A stretch of DNA of 64,000 nt from Sedimentisphaeraceae bacterium JB056 (GCA_044440125.1 JBITAJ010000031.1:1-64000); one strand, 5' to 3'. Shown: positions 18,617-30,500, counted from the first letter of the stretch. A program made the numbers and translations. The notes: generated by a model from the letters alone, not told the origin.

Positions 18617-19600
18617 TTACAACCAAACCTCTGCATCATAACGGAGCATTGTCAGTCCATCCTGATAGTTATTACCTGCACTGCACTTAAGCCCCAAATG
18701 CTTCTCAAGAAGCCATAGCGGAAAATTTGCTCCAGCTTTTATCGAAAGCGGCATTCCACCTCCGAATCGCGGATTAATCTCAATAAAATACACCTGCCTG
18801 TCTTCAGAAAGCAGAAGCTGTATTGTCAATATACAGAATTTCGTATCAAGCACACCTGCCAGCTTAGCTACCTGGTCCATGACATCACGGTCTTTCACAA
18901 TCACCGCCTTATTGACCTCACCAGCCCTGACTTCAAGACGCTTTCGAGGCACAACACTTCGCACCTGGCCATCTCTATCAGTAAATACATCACAAGTTAT
19001 CTCATCACCCTTTATGTATTGCTGAGATATACAGTTAGGTATTCTTTTGCTGTAAAACTCAAACTCCGCAGCATCATTTGCAATCGTAGCTCCACGACTT
19101 GCATAACCGTCCCACGGCTTTAGAAAACAAGGATAGGCAATCTTTTCCGGATCAAGCTCCGAAGGCAAACTCGTCTTGGGTGTATTAAACCCATTTTCAG
19201 ATAAAAATTTATAGGTCAACCTCTTGTCCTGACACAGCTCAACCACCTGGGGCTCTGCTATGAGAACAAAACAACCCAGCTCTTCAAAAAGTCCCCTGTT
19301 CACTGCAAGTGCAAGAAGGTCGTGATCGGTAGTAGGAATAAGCAAGTCTATTTCTTCTCTTTTGACAATATCAAGCAACTGATTGATATAGTCACTGCTT
19401 TGGGTACTGCTTACAATGTAATATGACTCACACACCTGCATTCCCGCTGCTAATTCAGTAACATCGGTCCCGCATATTTTACAATCCTTGCCAAGAGATG
19501 CCGCAGCATTCCTGAAGCTGTTTATCAATGAAACACGTCTGCCAACACAGGTAAACAGTATATTAATTTCATTTGCCAAGTCTTTTTTCCTTAATTGCAT
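18617..19600 (-). CDS. ATP-grasp protein (carbamoyl-phosphate-synthase-like, common in polysaccharide loci)
   Basis: ILFTCVGRR, CQDKRLT, PCFLKPWDGYASRG, QQYIKGDE, EINPRFGGG. The start may be the TTG at 19579. Confidence 0.85.
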   Translation of the reverse strand: MQLRKKDLANEINILFTCVGRRVSLINSFRNAAASLGKDCKICGTDVTELAAGMQVCESYYIVSSTQSSDYINQLLDIVKREEIDLLIPTTDHDLLALAVNRGLFEELGCFVLIAEPQVVELCQDKRLTYKFLSENGFNTPKTSLPSELDPEKIAYPCFLKPWDGYASRGATIANDAAEFEFYSKRIPNCISQQYIKGDEITCDVFTDRDGQVRSVVPRKRLEVRAGEVNKAVIVKDRDVMDQVAKLAGVLDTKFCILTIQLLLSEDRQVYFIEINPRFGGGMPLSIKAGANFPLWLLEKHLGLKCSAGNNYQDGLTMLRYDAEVWL

Positions 19601-19775
19601 TCATTCGTACATAAATAATCTATAAAATATTTCTCGTTTTTTAAAGCAACAATGTTTATTGTTTTAAGTATGACCCAAAAGCTAATCTTCATTGCAAATT
19701 GTACGAATTTGTTTATATTGTAGTAATAGAATTCATTTTTTAAACATAAAAACGCTCCTACCGGACAAAAAGATT

Positions 19776-20480
19776 ATGGCCGCAAGATTGATAGACGATG
19801 TCAAATATATAGTTTTTGATCTGGATGACACACTTTATCCAGAGTTGGATTACTGCAAAAGCGGCTTTATGGCCATTTCTGAAAAGGTTTCCTATCTTCA
19901 CGGGCTTAAAAAAGAGCTTGTTTTTGGGTGCCTTTGGAATCTTTTCAGCAATGGTGACAAACGAAAAGTTTTCAACGGCATGTTCGAAGAATTTAATATA
20001 AAATACAACCAAGACGACATCGTCTCACTCGTCAAAATTTACCGCAACCACTTTCCAGACATTAACTTACCAGAAGAAAGCCTTTTCGTCCTCAACAAGC
20101 TTAAAGGTGCATGCAAACTTGGGCTTCTGACTGACGGATACATGCCGGCTCAAGAACTTAAGGTAAAGAGCCTTGGCATAGAGAATTATTTTGATAGAAT
20201 AGTTTATACGGAACTTTTAGGCAGGGAGAATTGGAAACCCTCATCTGCCGGATTTGAAATCATAATGGAAGAGGATGATTTTTTGCCTTCTGAATATATC
20301 TATATAGCAGACAATCCCTTAAAAGATTTCTCAGGTCCATCCAAACTTGGCTGGAGAAGTGTATGGCTGAAAAGACAAGCAGGCATTTACCATAATGAAA
20401 TACCTGAAAATAGTCAGCCGGCAGAATTCGAGATAAAAAAACTCAAAGATTTACTGGATATTCGCAACAATGGCAATTGA
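19776..20480 (+). CDS. HAD-superfamily hydrolase (IA)
   Basis: FDLDDTLY, LLTDG, WKP, YIADNPLKD motifs. Start at ATG 19776. Confidence 0.88.
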   Translation: MAARLIDDVKYIVFDLDDTLYPELDYCKSGFMAISEKVSYLHGLKKELVFGCLWNLFSNGDKRKVFNGMFEEFNIKYNQDDIVSLVKIYRNHFPDINLPEESLFVLNKLKGACKLGLLTDGYMPAQELKVKSLGIENYFDRIVYTELLGRENWKPSSAGFEIIMEEDDFLPSEYIYIADNPLKDFSGPSKLGWRSVWLKRQAGIYHNEIPENSQPAEFEIKKLKDLLDIRNNGN

Positions 20481-21996
20481 AAATGAAATAAAGATCAAAG
20501 TTGACAACCATGCATCAATTTTGGAAAAACTCAAGACCCTTGACTCGCATTTCGAGGGAACCATATACCAAAAAGATTGCTATTTCGACAATTCAGCGGC
20601 AGACATGATAACACTGGGATGCTGTCTGAGGCTTCGCAGTGAAAGCGATGTACACGGCAACCTGCTCAAATCAATATTGTGCTATAAAGGTCGCAAAATA
20701 GCAGCAAAGATTAAATCACGCACCGAACTGGAAACCCTTGTAAGTGAACCGGGCAATACCGAAGATATACTAACCGCACTTGGCTATAGCATATCACTAA
20801 GCTTTAATAAAAAACGAACAACATGGCTGCTCAACGACTGCGAAGTCTGCCTTGACCTACTGCCTGCCTTAGGCGCTTACGTAGAAATAGAAGGGCCAAG
20901 CGAAGAAAAAGTCATCGCTACCGCAGAACTTTTAGATCTCAACATAAATGAACAGGAACAAAAAAGCTACGCCAATCTTGTCGGAAGCTTTTTAAGAGAA
21001 AAACAGCCTGAAAGACGAGAGATTTATCTTGATACCGATCAAAGCAGTAAAAAAGATGCCGGTATCACACAGACTTCATCAAAACCAACTGATAAAAATC
21101 TTAATGGAATCGCTCATATTATTATAAACCCTTCTTCCGGAAGCGGTTTTGCGTCCTCGATAACCAACCGAATCAAGGATTTCCTGAAAGAACAGAGCAT
21201 GAACGTCAGACTTGACGTTATAGAAGAGTTCAGCGATATCAGCACTTTCGTTGACATTGCCTCAAGCAGTCCTGATTGTAAACTTGTTGTCGCATGCGGA
21301 GGTGATGGGACCATACGTGAAGTCATACAATGCCTTCGAGGCAGTGAAAAACCTTTAATGATACTTCCCGGCGGCACCGAGAATCTTCTGGCCCACGAGC
21401 TTGGATGCGACAAGGAACTCGACACCTACAAAATGATGTACAATCAGCAAATGATAAGTCCCCTCGATGTGGCTACAGTCAACGGCTGCTGCTTTACATC
21501 TGTTTTGGGAATTGGATTTGATGCCGAAATAGTTGAGCTTTTGTCAAAGAAACGCAGCGGTAATATAACACATACCGACTATATATGGCCTATATGGCGT
21601 GCATTCTGGGCACACGAGATGCCCGAATTCGTGGTAATCGCTGATGGCAAGGAGATCTTCAGAGGCAGCGGTATGATGTTCGCCGGCAATATTTCGAGAT
21701 ACGCTACAGGACTTCGCATCTTAAAAGAAGCCGACTTCGGTGATGGTTTGCTTGATGTTTGCATATTTCCATGTAAAGGCAAACAGGATATTCTGAAATA
21801 TTTTTCCATGACAATGCTCCAGATACATACTCGTGCTGCGGAAGTTGTCTACAAGAAATGCCGTAAACTTCAGGTTGAACCTCTAAATAACCAGATACTA
21901 ACACAGATAGATGGCGACCCGGGCCCATCACTTCCACTGGACATACAGATTGTTCCAAGTACAGTTCAGGTTTACAACACCTGTAAAAGCAGATGA
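20470..21996 (+). CDS. Fusion: CYTH (class IV adenylate cyclase/CyaB-like) + YegS/DgkB-family lipid kinase
   Basis: N-terminal ENEIK (ExExK), QKDCYFD, LRLR, YKG, YVEIEG, KSY. C-terminal IINPSSG, CGGDGT, PGGTENLLA, GIGFDA, DGLLDV, QIDGDP. Confidence 0.85.
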   Translation: MAIENEIKIKVDNHASILEKLKTLDSHFEGTIYQKDCYFDNSAADMITLGCCLRLRSESDVHGNLLKSILCYKGRKIAAKIKSRTELETLVSEPGNTEDILTALGYSISLSFNKKRTTWLLNDCEVCLDLLPALGAYVEIEGPSEEKVIATAELLDLNINEQEQKSYANLVGSFLREKQPERREIYLDTDQSSKKDAGITQTSSKPTDKNLNGIAHIIINPSSGSGFASSITNRIKDFLKEQSMNVRLDVIEEFSDISTFVDIASSSPDCKLVVACGGDGTIREVIQCLRGSEKPLMILPGGTENLLAHELGCDKELDTYKMMYNQQMISPLDVATVNGCCFTSVLGIGFDAEIVELLSKKRSGNITHTDYIWPIWRAFWAHEMPEFVVIADGKEIFRGSGMMFAGNISRYATGLRILKEADFGDGLLDVCIFPCKGKQDILKYFSMTMLQIHTRAAEVVYKKCRKLQVEPLNNQILTQIDGDPGPSLPLDIQIVPSTVQVYNTCKSR

Positions 21997-24900
21997 AGGA
22001 ATATAATTTGAGGCCGAAACTCCGAAAAGCACTGACCATAGCAGTGATAGTACTGCCTGCAATACTCATCACCGGCTGGATATACAGACACAGGATAGAC
22101 TCCTTTGTTTGCGGAATTGCAATCAACAGAATTGAACACAAAAGCAACACTCAAATCACCTATGACAAATTAGAAGCAGACTTCTCCGCTCTTTCAGCAA
22201 GAAATGTAGAAATTGAATCAGAAGACTATCTGCTAAGCATAAAGACACTAAAACTAAAATATGACAAAAGCATAATATTCCGCAAACACAAACTTGCCTA
22301 TTTAAAGAATGTAAACTTAAATAATTTCACGCTTCGAATCAAGGATGACATTGACGATATTAAGAAAAAAGAATTAGAAGATTCTGGTTCAAAAAAATAT
22401 CATCGCAGGATAATCAACGACATTCTCAGCAGATTCAACTGCACATTGAACATCCAAACAGGCCGAATCATCTTTGAAAGTCAAAGCAAAGAGTATACTA
22501 TAGAAATAGAAAAGGCATCCCTTTCAAGTAATTCGCCTGAAAGTTCGCTCAACTTTGAGCTTGTAACAAAGCATAATGGTCTTATGCCTGAAAGCCGTAT
22601 CACCGGCATATTTGAGCCTTCGTTACCAGGCTACTTCAAAGCAAACGCAAGCATTAAGACGGTGCTACTGGGCAACAGATGGCTATGGAACGATATTAAT
22701 ATAGACTGCGACTGGCAACTTGACGGCATATTTATGTTTAATATGGCCGCAGATGCCGGAGACAAGGCAAGCATCAATGTAAATTTCGTAACCAATATCT
22801 TTGAACAGGATATCACCACCCTTGAAGTAAATACTGATAATATTAAAATAACCAGAATCCCTGCAGAAAATGAACTTTACCTAAGCGATGAACTGCTTGA
22901 TGTGCTTGGAGAAAATATGAGCAGGGCTTTCAGAGAAAACCATATAACAGGTACTTTTGACACAAATACGGTCATTACATTTATGCCTGAAGTAGAAGAT
23001 CATGACCTGAACTTAAGAATCAAATTGAAAGACTTCGACCTCACTTACGGCAGATTCCCATACTCTCTTAAAGGCATTGAGGGACAAGTAATAGTCATAA
23101 ACAAAGACCTCGACATTAACCTTAAGACTACAAAGGACGACATTATAGAGATATCTGCAAAAGCTGTGCTCGATGATTCAGAAGGAGAAAGGCACGGCCT
23201 CGATCTAAAAATAAAGAGTGAGTCTTTATCTGTAGATAATGATCTTTATGAAGCACTCGGTCAGCCAAGCAAGATGGCATGGCTGTCATTCGCACCCAAA
23301 GGCAAAGCCAAAATCGATTATCATCTGTACGACAACGAGAGTGACAGGCTTGAATACGAGCTTGACATCTACCCAATTTCAGGAGAAGTCTGTTATAATG
23401 ATTTCGCATATCCGCTCAAGGACCTCGGCGGCAGAATAACACTAAGGCACAGGGAAGTTGAGCTTGCCAACGTATCAGGACATAATGATAACGGCAAAGT
23501 GATCGCTAATGGAAGCATAACAGGACTTGGGCAACCGGATGCAGATGTAGACCTTAATTTTGAATGTACCAATATAGCGATAAAAGAAACATTGGTTGAC
23601 CTTCTTCCGGAGAAGATCCGTGAAAAGATAGAGCTGCTTGACTTTGAAAATGCCACGGCAGATACTTCTGTAAAAGTAACTAATAACAACGGTAAGCTTA
23701 TATATAAAGTCGAAGCATCTGCTCAGGCAGATGTTTTGCGATATATACCGCAAGACATTACGTTCGACAAGGCCAAAGTCGAGGCAAGATTTATTAACGA
23801 CAGACTGAATATTGAAAGTTTCAACGCTTCACTTAATGAACAGCCACTGAACATCAGCGGCTGGATAAATATCGGAGAAGCAAAACACATGAACTACGAC
23901 TTTCAATTCAGCAGCGAGAGCGAAAATTTTGAAAAACTTGCAGCAATCCTGACAGACGATCCAGACGGTAAACCAAATATTACAGGAGCAGTTGATGTTA
24001 ACGGCCACATTAAGGGATCAGAAAAAGATTCGTCTTATATACTGTCATTATTATGCCGTGATGCCTCTATAGATATGGGGAAAAATATCAAAATAGAAAA
24101 TGCCAGCGGCAGCATAGATATTGCTGAATCCAAACTTAATTATGACATAAAGGGTAAACTTGCCGAACGTAACGACTGCAGCATCATCTCGACCGGGGTG
24201 CTTAATATATTGGAACCTCATAATGGAATGCTATCTGTTGAAATTGATGGAATCAAACCTACAGACCCTTTGATACCGTCCGATCTCTCGCTTGCCGGTG
24301 AGGGAAATTTGAAACTCCAACTGCCGCAGGCACAATTGACAAACGGGGTATTGAGCTGCGAAAACACTCAGCTCTCATTTGCCGACATCGATTTTGAAGG
24401 TGATGTAATAACAAATGCCAGCGGCACTATTAAGTGCAAATCTGTCTTCAGCGAACCAAACGGACTTCATGTGCCAGAAGGCATTATAAATATGCAGAGC
24501 GTAGATGTATTTGATAGAAAAATCGAGAGGGCAATAGCAAGATTCAGGTTCAATCCTCAAGGCGGATTCAGCGTCAGCAATAATATGACAGCAAAATTAT
24601 GCGATGGTGATATAAGCGGAATACTGAAATTCAAACCAGAAAACGGTATAGGCAATTATGAAATAACACTCAATATTTTTGATATAGATGCAGACAAACT
24701 CCTTAACGCCGGTTCTGAGGAACTTCTCAAGGAACAGTTTGACCTTGACGGCAGAATCTCAGGTCAGATGTATATGAAAGGTATACTTGGAGACCCAGAA
24801 TCTCGATTCGGAAGATTCAACTTTGAAGTAAGAAACGTAAAAGTTACAGACAGAACCCTGGCCGATGAAGTACTGGATGCCATACTGTCAAGAAGCTCGG

Positions 24901-25199
24901 CTCATACTATGCAGAAATTAAAAGTAGACTCATACCTGAAAGGAAACACAATATTTCTTGACGATGTTTCTGTGTCTTTGCCTCTAATGCTGCTTCGCGG
25001 AACTGGAGACATTGATATCGAAAGTCTCCAAATCAAACTCCAGCTCAGCGCACAAGGTACAAAAATAATCGACAATAGTTTTCTCTCCGAACTGTCATTC
25101 CTAAAAGCCATCGGGAAAACGATAGCCAAAGTCAACATAACCGGAAATGTAGCAAATCCCAAGATAGAAGTCACCACGTTAGGACTGTTCAAAAAATAA
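21993..25199 (+). CDS. AsmA/YhdP-like large beta-rich envelope protein
   Basis: Single N-terminal TM, about 1000 aa of amphipathic beta-strand repeats, C-terminal LRGTGDID…VNITGNVANPKI typical of AsmA-like C-termini. ATGA overlap with the upstream gene. Confidence 0.7.
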   Translation: MKEYNLRPKLRKALTIAVIVLPAILITGWIYRHRIDSFVCGIAINRIEHKSNTQITYDKLEADFSALSARNVEIESEDYLLSIKTLKLKYDKSIIFRKHKLAYLKNVNLNNFTLRIKDDIDDIKKKELEDSGSKKYHRRIINDILSRFNCTLNIQTGRIIFESQSKEYTIEIEKASLSSNSPESSLNFELVTKHNGLMPESRITGIFEPSLPGYFKANASIKTVLLGNRWLWNDINIDCDWQLDGIFMFNMAADAGDKASINVNFVTNIFEQDITTLEVNTDNIKITRIPAENELYLSDELLDVLGENMSRAFRENHITGTFDTNTVITFMPEVEDHDLNLRIKLKDFDLTYGRFPYSLKGIEGQVIVINKDLDINLKTTKDDIIEISAKAVLDDSEGERHGLDLKIKSESLSVDNDLYEALGQPSKMAWLSFAPKGKAKIDYHLYDNESDRLEYELDIYPISGEVCYNDFAYPLKDLGGRITLRHREVELANVSGHNDNGKVIANGSITGLGQPDADVDLNFECTNIAIKETLVDLLPEKIREKIELLDFENATADTSVKVTNNNGKLIYKVEASAQADVLRYIPQDITFDKAKVEARFINDRLNIESFNASLNEQPLNISGWINIGEAKHMNYDFQFSSESENFEKLAAILTDDPDGKPNITGAVDVNGHIKGSEKDSSYILSLLCRDASIDMGKNIKIENASGSIDIAESKLNYDIKGKLAERNDCSIISTGVLNILEPHNGMLSVEIDGIKPTDPLIPSDLSLAGEGNLKLQLPQAQLTNGVLSCENTQLSFADIDFEGDVITNASGTIKCKSVFSEPNGLHVPEGIINMQSVDVFDRKIERAIARFRFNPQGGFSVSNNMTAKLCDGDISGILKFKPENGIGNYEITLNIFDIDADKLLNAGSEELLKEQFDLDGRISGQMYMKGILGDPESRFGRFNFEVRNVKVTDRTLADEVLDAILSRSSAHTMQKLKVDSYLKGNTIFLDDVSVSLPLMLLRGTGDIDIESLQIKLQLSAQGTKIIDNSFLSELSFLKAIGKTIAKVNITGNVANPKIEVTTLGLFKK

Positions 25200-25370
25200 C
25201 TTCAAGTAGCAGCGTAAGATTTCTTGCCAACACTATAATGCTAAGTAAGTATCCTTTTCAAAAATAATATAAATTTGAAAAGCAGCGGCAGCCACAAAAA
25301 GAAAGTAACTGCCACAATTATAAAAGCTATGTCAATTTTAGATTTATTCAAAACAAACCAACTTCTTAAT

Positions 25371-26261
25371 TTACTCCGATACTTGCCTGTTTCTATATTC
25401 AATGGGGCTTAAACCCGTTTTCTTTCTAAAAAGTTTTGAGAAATAATAAACAGAACTAAATCCCATTCTATCCGATATCTGACCCACCTTCAAATCACTG
25501 GAAACCAAAAGTTTCTGGCATAAATGCAATACAAAATTCAGCCGGTACTGATATGGCGTCAGACCTGTAACACTTTTGAAAGTCTTACGGAATGACGAAT
25601 AACTCATTCCAACATCAGCAGCAAGCTGATTCAGGTCTATTGATGCTGATGGGTTGCTTATAAGTATCTGTTTGGCATTGCGGATGGCTCCGGCTTTATC
25701 AGTATCGAGATTCACGGGATCAAGTTCGGAGATAAGGGTAACAATGATATCAATAGCCTGCCGGGATAAAAAATACTCAAAACCGCCCGGCTCATTATCC
25801 GCTATATGCATCGACTCAATAAAAGCATCTGTCAGCCTTGAAATATTCTTCACCCTGATAACACCCCGCCGTTCACTCAAAGGGCTTTGCCGAATAAGCC
25901 GCTCAGCTACATCACCAGAAAACTCAAGCCAATACTCTTCCCAGCCACTTGATTTATCGGGCTTATATCTATGCCACAAACCCGGACGCAGAAGTATTAT
26001 AGACCCGCCCTCTATTTTTACGGGGTCGGTTGTGAACGATTCGAACACCCCACTGCCATTAGCTATATACACAAAGCAGTAAGAGTTCAGAATGCGTCCT
26101 TTCTCCCAGGAAAAATTATGATCCTCAGGATGAATCACCGGCGGATATTTATGATTCGGCGGTATCTTGCCGTAACCACAACTTATAACGTTAATCCCCC
26201 AGCGTTCCATTGCGGGATTGCATGGAAAATACCTGAATGAAGTTTCTACCCTTTTTGCCAT
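25371..26261 (-). CDS. AraC-family transcriptional regulator
   Basis: Cupin-type WHRY…GWEEYWLEF domain; HTH GMSYSSFRKTFK and GFSSVYYFSKLFRKKTGLSP. Confidence 0.92.
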   Translation of the reverse strand: MAKRVETSFRYFPCNPAMERWGINVISCGYGKIPPNHKYPPVIHPEDHNFSWEKGRILNSYCFVYIANGSGVFESFTTDPVKIEGGSIILLRPGLWHRYKPDKSSGWEEYWLEFSGDVAERLIRQSPLSERRGVIRVKNISRLTDAFIESMHIADNEPGGFEYFLSRQAIDIIVTLISELDPVNLDTDKAGAIRNAKQILISNPSASIDLNQLAADVGMSYSSFRKTFKSVTGLTPYQYRLNFVLHLCQKLLVSSDLKVGQISDRMGFSSVYYFSKLFRKKTGLSPIEYRNRQVSE

Positions 26262-26391
26262 AATATACAAATAAAAATGCCATATTAAACATTTTAATAA
26301 ATAAAACAGTATATTATAATACCAAATAAGACAAATAAGTCAATGCAAGTTTGTTTGAATTACAATTAACAGCAAGCTAAGGAGCTTTATA

Positions 26392-27384
26392 ATGAATCAT
26401 ACTGAACGTTTCAGAGCTGTCATGAATTTTGAGCCGGTAGACCGTCTGCCGCGATGGGAATGGGCAATGTGGTGGGATGAGACCATAAGAAGATGGCATG
26501 GTGAAGGCCTTCCAAAAAGCCTTGCCGAAACAGATATTTTTGGAATCACCGAATACCTCAGCCTCGACCCCTACATCCAATTCTGGTTCAGTGCAAGTGA
26601 AGCAGGCATAGAAGCATCACAACACCACACAGCAGGATCTGTCAATAACATGGACGATTACCTCGCACTCAAACCGCACATATTCCCCGATCATACCAAG
26701 TCATTGGATATAATGCTGCCATGGGCTAAAAGACAGGATGAAGGAAACGCAGTCGTATGGACAACATTCGAAGGCTTCTTCTGGTTTCCGCGTACTCTCA
26801 TGAATGTAGAAAAACTCAGTTACGCCTATTACGACCAGGCAGAGCTTATCCATCAGATGAACTCGGATTTGCTTGAGTTCAACCTGCATCTGCTTCGGGA
26901 AATGAAAAAGAAATGCGTGCCGACATTCATGACCATAGCAGAGGACATGAGCTATAATCTTGGTCCTATGATATCAGAATCAGTTTTCTCCGAATTCATT
27001 GAGCCGTATTACAAAAAGCTTTTTGCCGAACTTGACGAGATGAATATACTCCGCATAATCGATACTGACGGCGATGTGACCTTGATGGTGCCATGGCTCA
27101 AACGAGCTGGAGCTCACGGTGTACTGCCGCTTGAAAGACAGGCTGGAGTTGACGGCAACAAGCTGCGAGAACAATTTCCTGACTTCTGTCTTGTAGGCCA
27201 TTTCGACAAAATGGTAATGAAAAACGGCGAAGAAGCAATGAGGCAGGAATTCGAGCGACTAACCCCGCTTATCCAAAAAGGCGGTTTTATTCCAAGCGTA
27301 GACCACCAGACCCCGCCGGATGTACCGCTTGAAAACTATCATATATATATGAAACTTCTCAAAGAATATACAAAATTCGACTAA
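26392..27384 (+). CDS. Uroporphyrinogen decarboxylase (URO-D/MtaA-CmuA)-family protein
   Basis: ERFRAVMNFEPVDRLP, AEDM…GPMIS, DTDGD, GHFDK, GGFIPSVDH…PPDV. Confidence 0.8.
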   Translation: MNHTERFRAVMNFEPVDRLPRWEWAMWWDETIRRWHGEGLPKSLAETDIFGITEYLSLDPYIQFWFSASEAGIEASQHHTAGSVNNMDDYLALKPHIFPDHTKSLDIMLPWAKRQDEGNAVVWTTFEGFFWFPRTLMNVEKLSYAYYDQAELIHQMNSDLLEFNLHLLREMKKKCVPTFMTIAEDMSYNLGPMISESVFSEFIEPYYKKLFAELDEMNILRIIDTDGDVTLMVPWLKRAGAHGVLPLERQAGVDGNKLREQFPDFCLVGHFDKMVMKNGEEAMRQEFERLTPLIQKGGFIPSVDHQTPPDVPLENYHIYMKLLKEYTKFD

Positions 27385-27392
27385 GATACCTT

Positions 27393-27420
27393 AAAAGGCA
27401 GGCTCAAACCTGCCTTTTTT
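27393..27420 (+). terminator. Intrinsic terminator
   Basis: AAAAGGCAGG-CTCAAA-CCTGCCTTTTTT. Confidence 0.85.
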
Positions 27421-27581
27421 GATTTAATGCATATAGCTCTCGACATCAACATTTTTGTTCATTTGTGTTCAATATTACTCCTGCTCTGTTTTTCCAGTAA
27501 ACTGCATTGTTGCATTTCTTGTCATTTATGGTTAAATACTTATCAATAGATTTGATATTTCAAACTTAAATTGGAGTTTAT

Positions 27582-30500
27582 ATGCAGAATTCGTTGGTTA
27601 GAGAAAAATTCACTTGTCCAGATGCGGCTCTTCGCGGCAAACTTTTCTGGTCATGGAACGGTGACCTTGAAAAAGATGAGCTGTTGCGACAGATCAAAAT
27701 AATGAAGGAAATGGGATTCGGCGGCTTCTTTATGCACTCCCGCAGCGGCCTTGGAACAGAATATCTCGGCGAAAAATGGTTCGAGCTTATCAATGCCTGT
27801 GCTGATGAGGGAGAGAAAGAAGGCATGGAAGCATGGCTTTATGATGAAGATCGCTGGCCAAGCGGCAGTGCCGGCGGACTTGCTACAAAAGAAGGCAAGT
27901 ACCGCATGAAATATATACGCTGCAGAACTTATAAGAACGGCCAATACAAATGGGATTCCGATGATATAGCTGTTTTCGCATGCAAACTTGATGATTTAGC
28001 GTTCAGCAATTGCCGCCGTATTGCTGATGAAACAGAACTCGCCAAAGCCGTAGAAGAAGACATACTTGCCTTCAATATCGAGGAAATGAAGTGCGACAGT
28101 TTTTATAACGGTCAGACCTATCTCGATACGATGAACGCAGATGCGGTAAATCATTTTATCGAGCTGACCCACGAAAAATACAAGACACACTGCGGCGACA
28201 AATTCGGAAAAAGCATCAAGGGAATGTTCACCGACGAGCCGCATCGTGGTATGATAATGAGTACGGTTTATAACGGTGATTCACCGGAATGGGTCGTCCC
28301 GTATACTCCAGCCCTTTTTGATGAGTTCAAGGCAGCCTTTGGCTACGACCTGATTGAAAGACTCCCAGAACTATTTCTGCTAAAAGACGGCGAAAAGGTG
28401 TCTCAGGTTAAGTGGCATTACATAGAAATCGTGGAAAGGCTCTTTCTTGCCAATTTCGCAAAACTAACTTATGACTGGTGCCGCGACAACGACCTGTTGC
28501 TAACCGGCCATATTCTCCATGAGGACACACTTACCACGCAAACCATACCTTGCGGTTCAGTGATGAGATACTATGAGTATATGGACTATCCCGGGATAGA
28601 TTTACTCACAGAAACCAACCGCAATTACTGGATAGTCAAACAGCTCACATCTGCGGCAAGACAGCTCGGCAAGAAGTGGCTGCTCTCTGAGCTTTACGGA
28701 TGCAGCGGCTGGCAAATGACTCTCCAGAACTACAAGGAAACAGGCGACTGGCAAAGTCTTTTCGGCATCAATCTTCGCTGTCCTCACCTATCATGGTACA
28801 CAATGAAGGGACAGGCCAAACGCGACTATCCGGCAAGCATCATGCATCAAAGCGGCTGGTATAAAGAGTTCGAAGCGGTTGAAACGTATTTCTCAAGACT
28901 CCAGCTTATGCTGATGCAGGGCGAGCAGGAATGCGAAGTTCTTGTAATCAATCCTGTCGAAAGTGTATGGTGCCGTATATATCCGGGCTGGACAAGTGCT
29001 TTCAGTCCAAAGGATGAAGAAATAATAAAAATAGAGAAATCGCACGCTGCCCTGTTTGGCTGGCTGGCCTCAAGCGGCATAGATTTCGATTATGGCGATG
29101 AAGCCATGCTCGCGGAAATGGCATCTGTTGAAAACGGAAGCTCACTCAAAGTTGGTCAGGCGTCATATTCAACCGTTGTAGTGCCTCCGCTTACAACAAT
29201 GCGAAGCTCAACTCTTGAAATGCTCAACAAATTCGCGGCAGCCGGCGGCAAAGTTATTTTCGCCGGAACTCCGGCTCCGTATATCGATGCACTGCCGTCT
29301 CAAAACGCTCTTCTCCTTGCTGAAAGCTGCCCGCAATGCAAGTTCGAAAAAGAACCGCTGGTTTCTGAAATACTCGGCAGTATTGATATTCCTGTCGAAC
29401 TTAAAACAAACGGCAGTTGCGACCAAATATTCAGCCAGATTAGAAAAGACGGCAGCAAGCTCATCATCACACTGATGAACGTATCAGTAACCGAGAGCTT
29501 CGAAGATGTTGTTGTGAGAGTCAAACACACAGGTTCGCCGCAAATCTGGGATTGCAGAACCGGCGATATAAGCGGTGCCGAATTTGAAAGAGACGGCGAA
29601 TTTATCGAAATAACCGCAGACTTCGATCCGGCTCGTGAGATGGTAATAGTTGTATCAGACGAAAAGCTTGACGACAACTCCTCGCAGCCTGAGGAATTAT
29701 GCTGCTGCGAAATCAGCCAGAAAGAATTATCAGGTCCGTTCGCTTATTCTCTCAACGAGCCTAATGTGTGCGTTCTTGATACGGCAAAATTCAAGATAAA
29801 CGATGGCGATTGGCAGGATGAACTTGAAGTACTCAAGATCGACCGCAAGATAAGAGAATATATGGGTCTTGATAAACGAAGCGGACAAATGATTCAGCCT
29901 TGGTGTCGCGACAAATCACTCGACACAACAGAGCATATAGCCCTTGAGTTCGGTTTCAGTATAAATACAATGCCGACTGAAGATTTGATTCTCGTTATCG
30001 AAGAACCTCACAAATTCGACATATATCTCAACAACGATAAGCTTGAAAGCAAACCGCTTGAAGGCTTCTGGCTCGATATCTGTTTCTCCAAACTTTCCCT
30101 GCCGCTCAGCATGCTCAAAAACGGCAGCAACACGATACGCATTGAAACAGACTACTCCAACAGCCGCGATATCGAATCGCTCTATCTTTTAGGACAATTC
30201 GGCGTTGAGATTGACGGCACAGAGAAAGCTCTTATCTCCCTGCCGCAAACACTCGAAATAGGCGACATAACAGCTCAGGCTCTGCCTTTCTATTCCGGCA
30301 AGATCAAATATATCATCCCCGAAGAAATCGCCTCACAGCTAAGCAAAGACAGTTGTATATCTCTGCCGCAAATCGGTGCTGCATGTGCTAAGATAACTGA
30401 TGCTAAAGATGCCGAAAAGCTCATGGTATTCAAGCCGTACTCAACAACGCTTGACGACCTTGATATTGGCAGCGGCTTGGCAATCGAGCTTGTATTAGGA

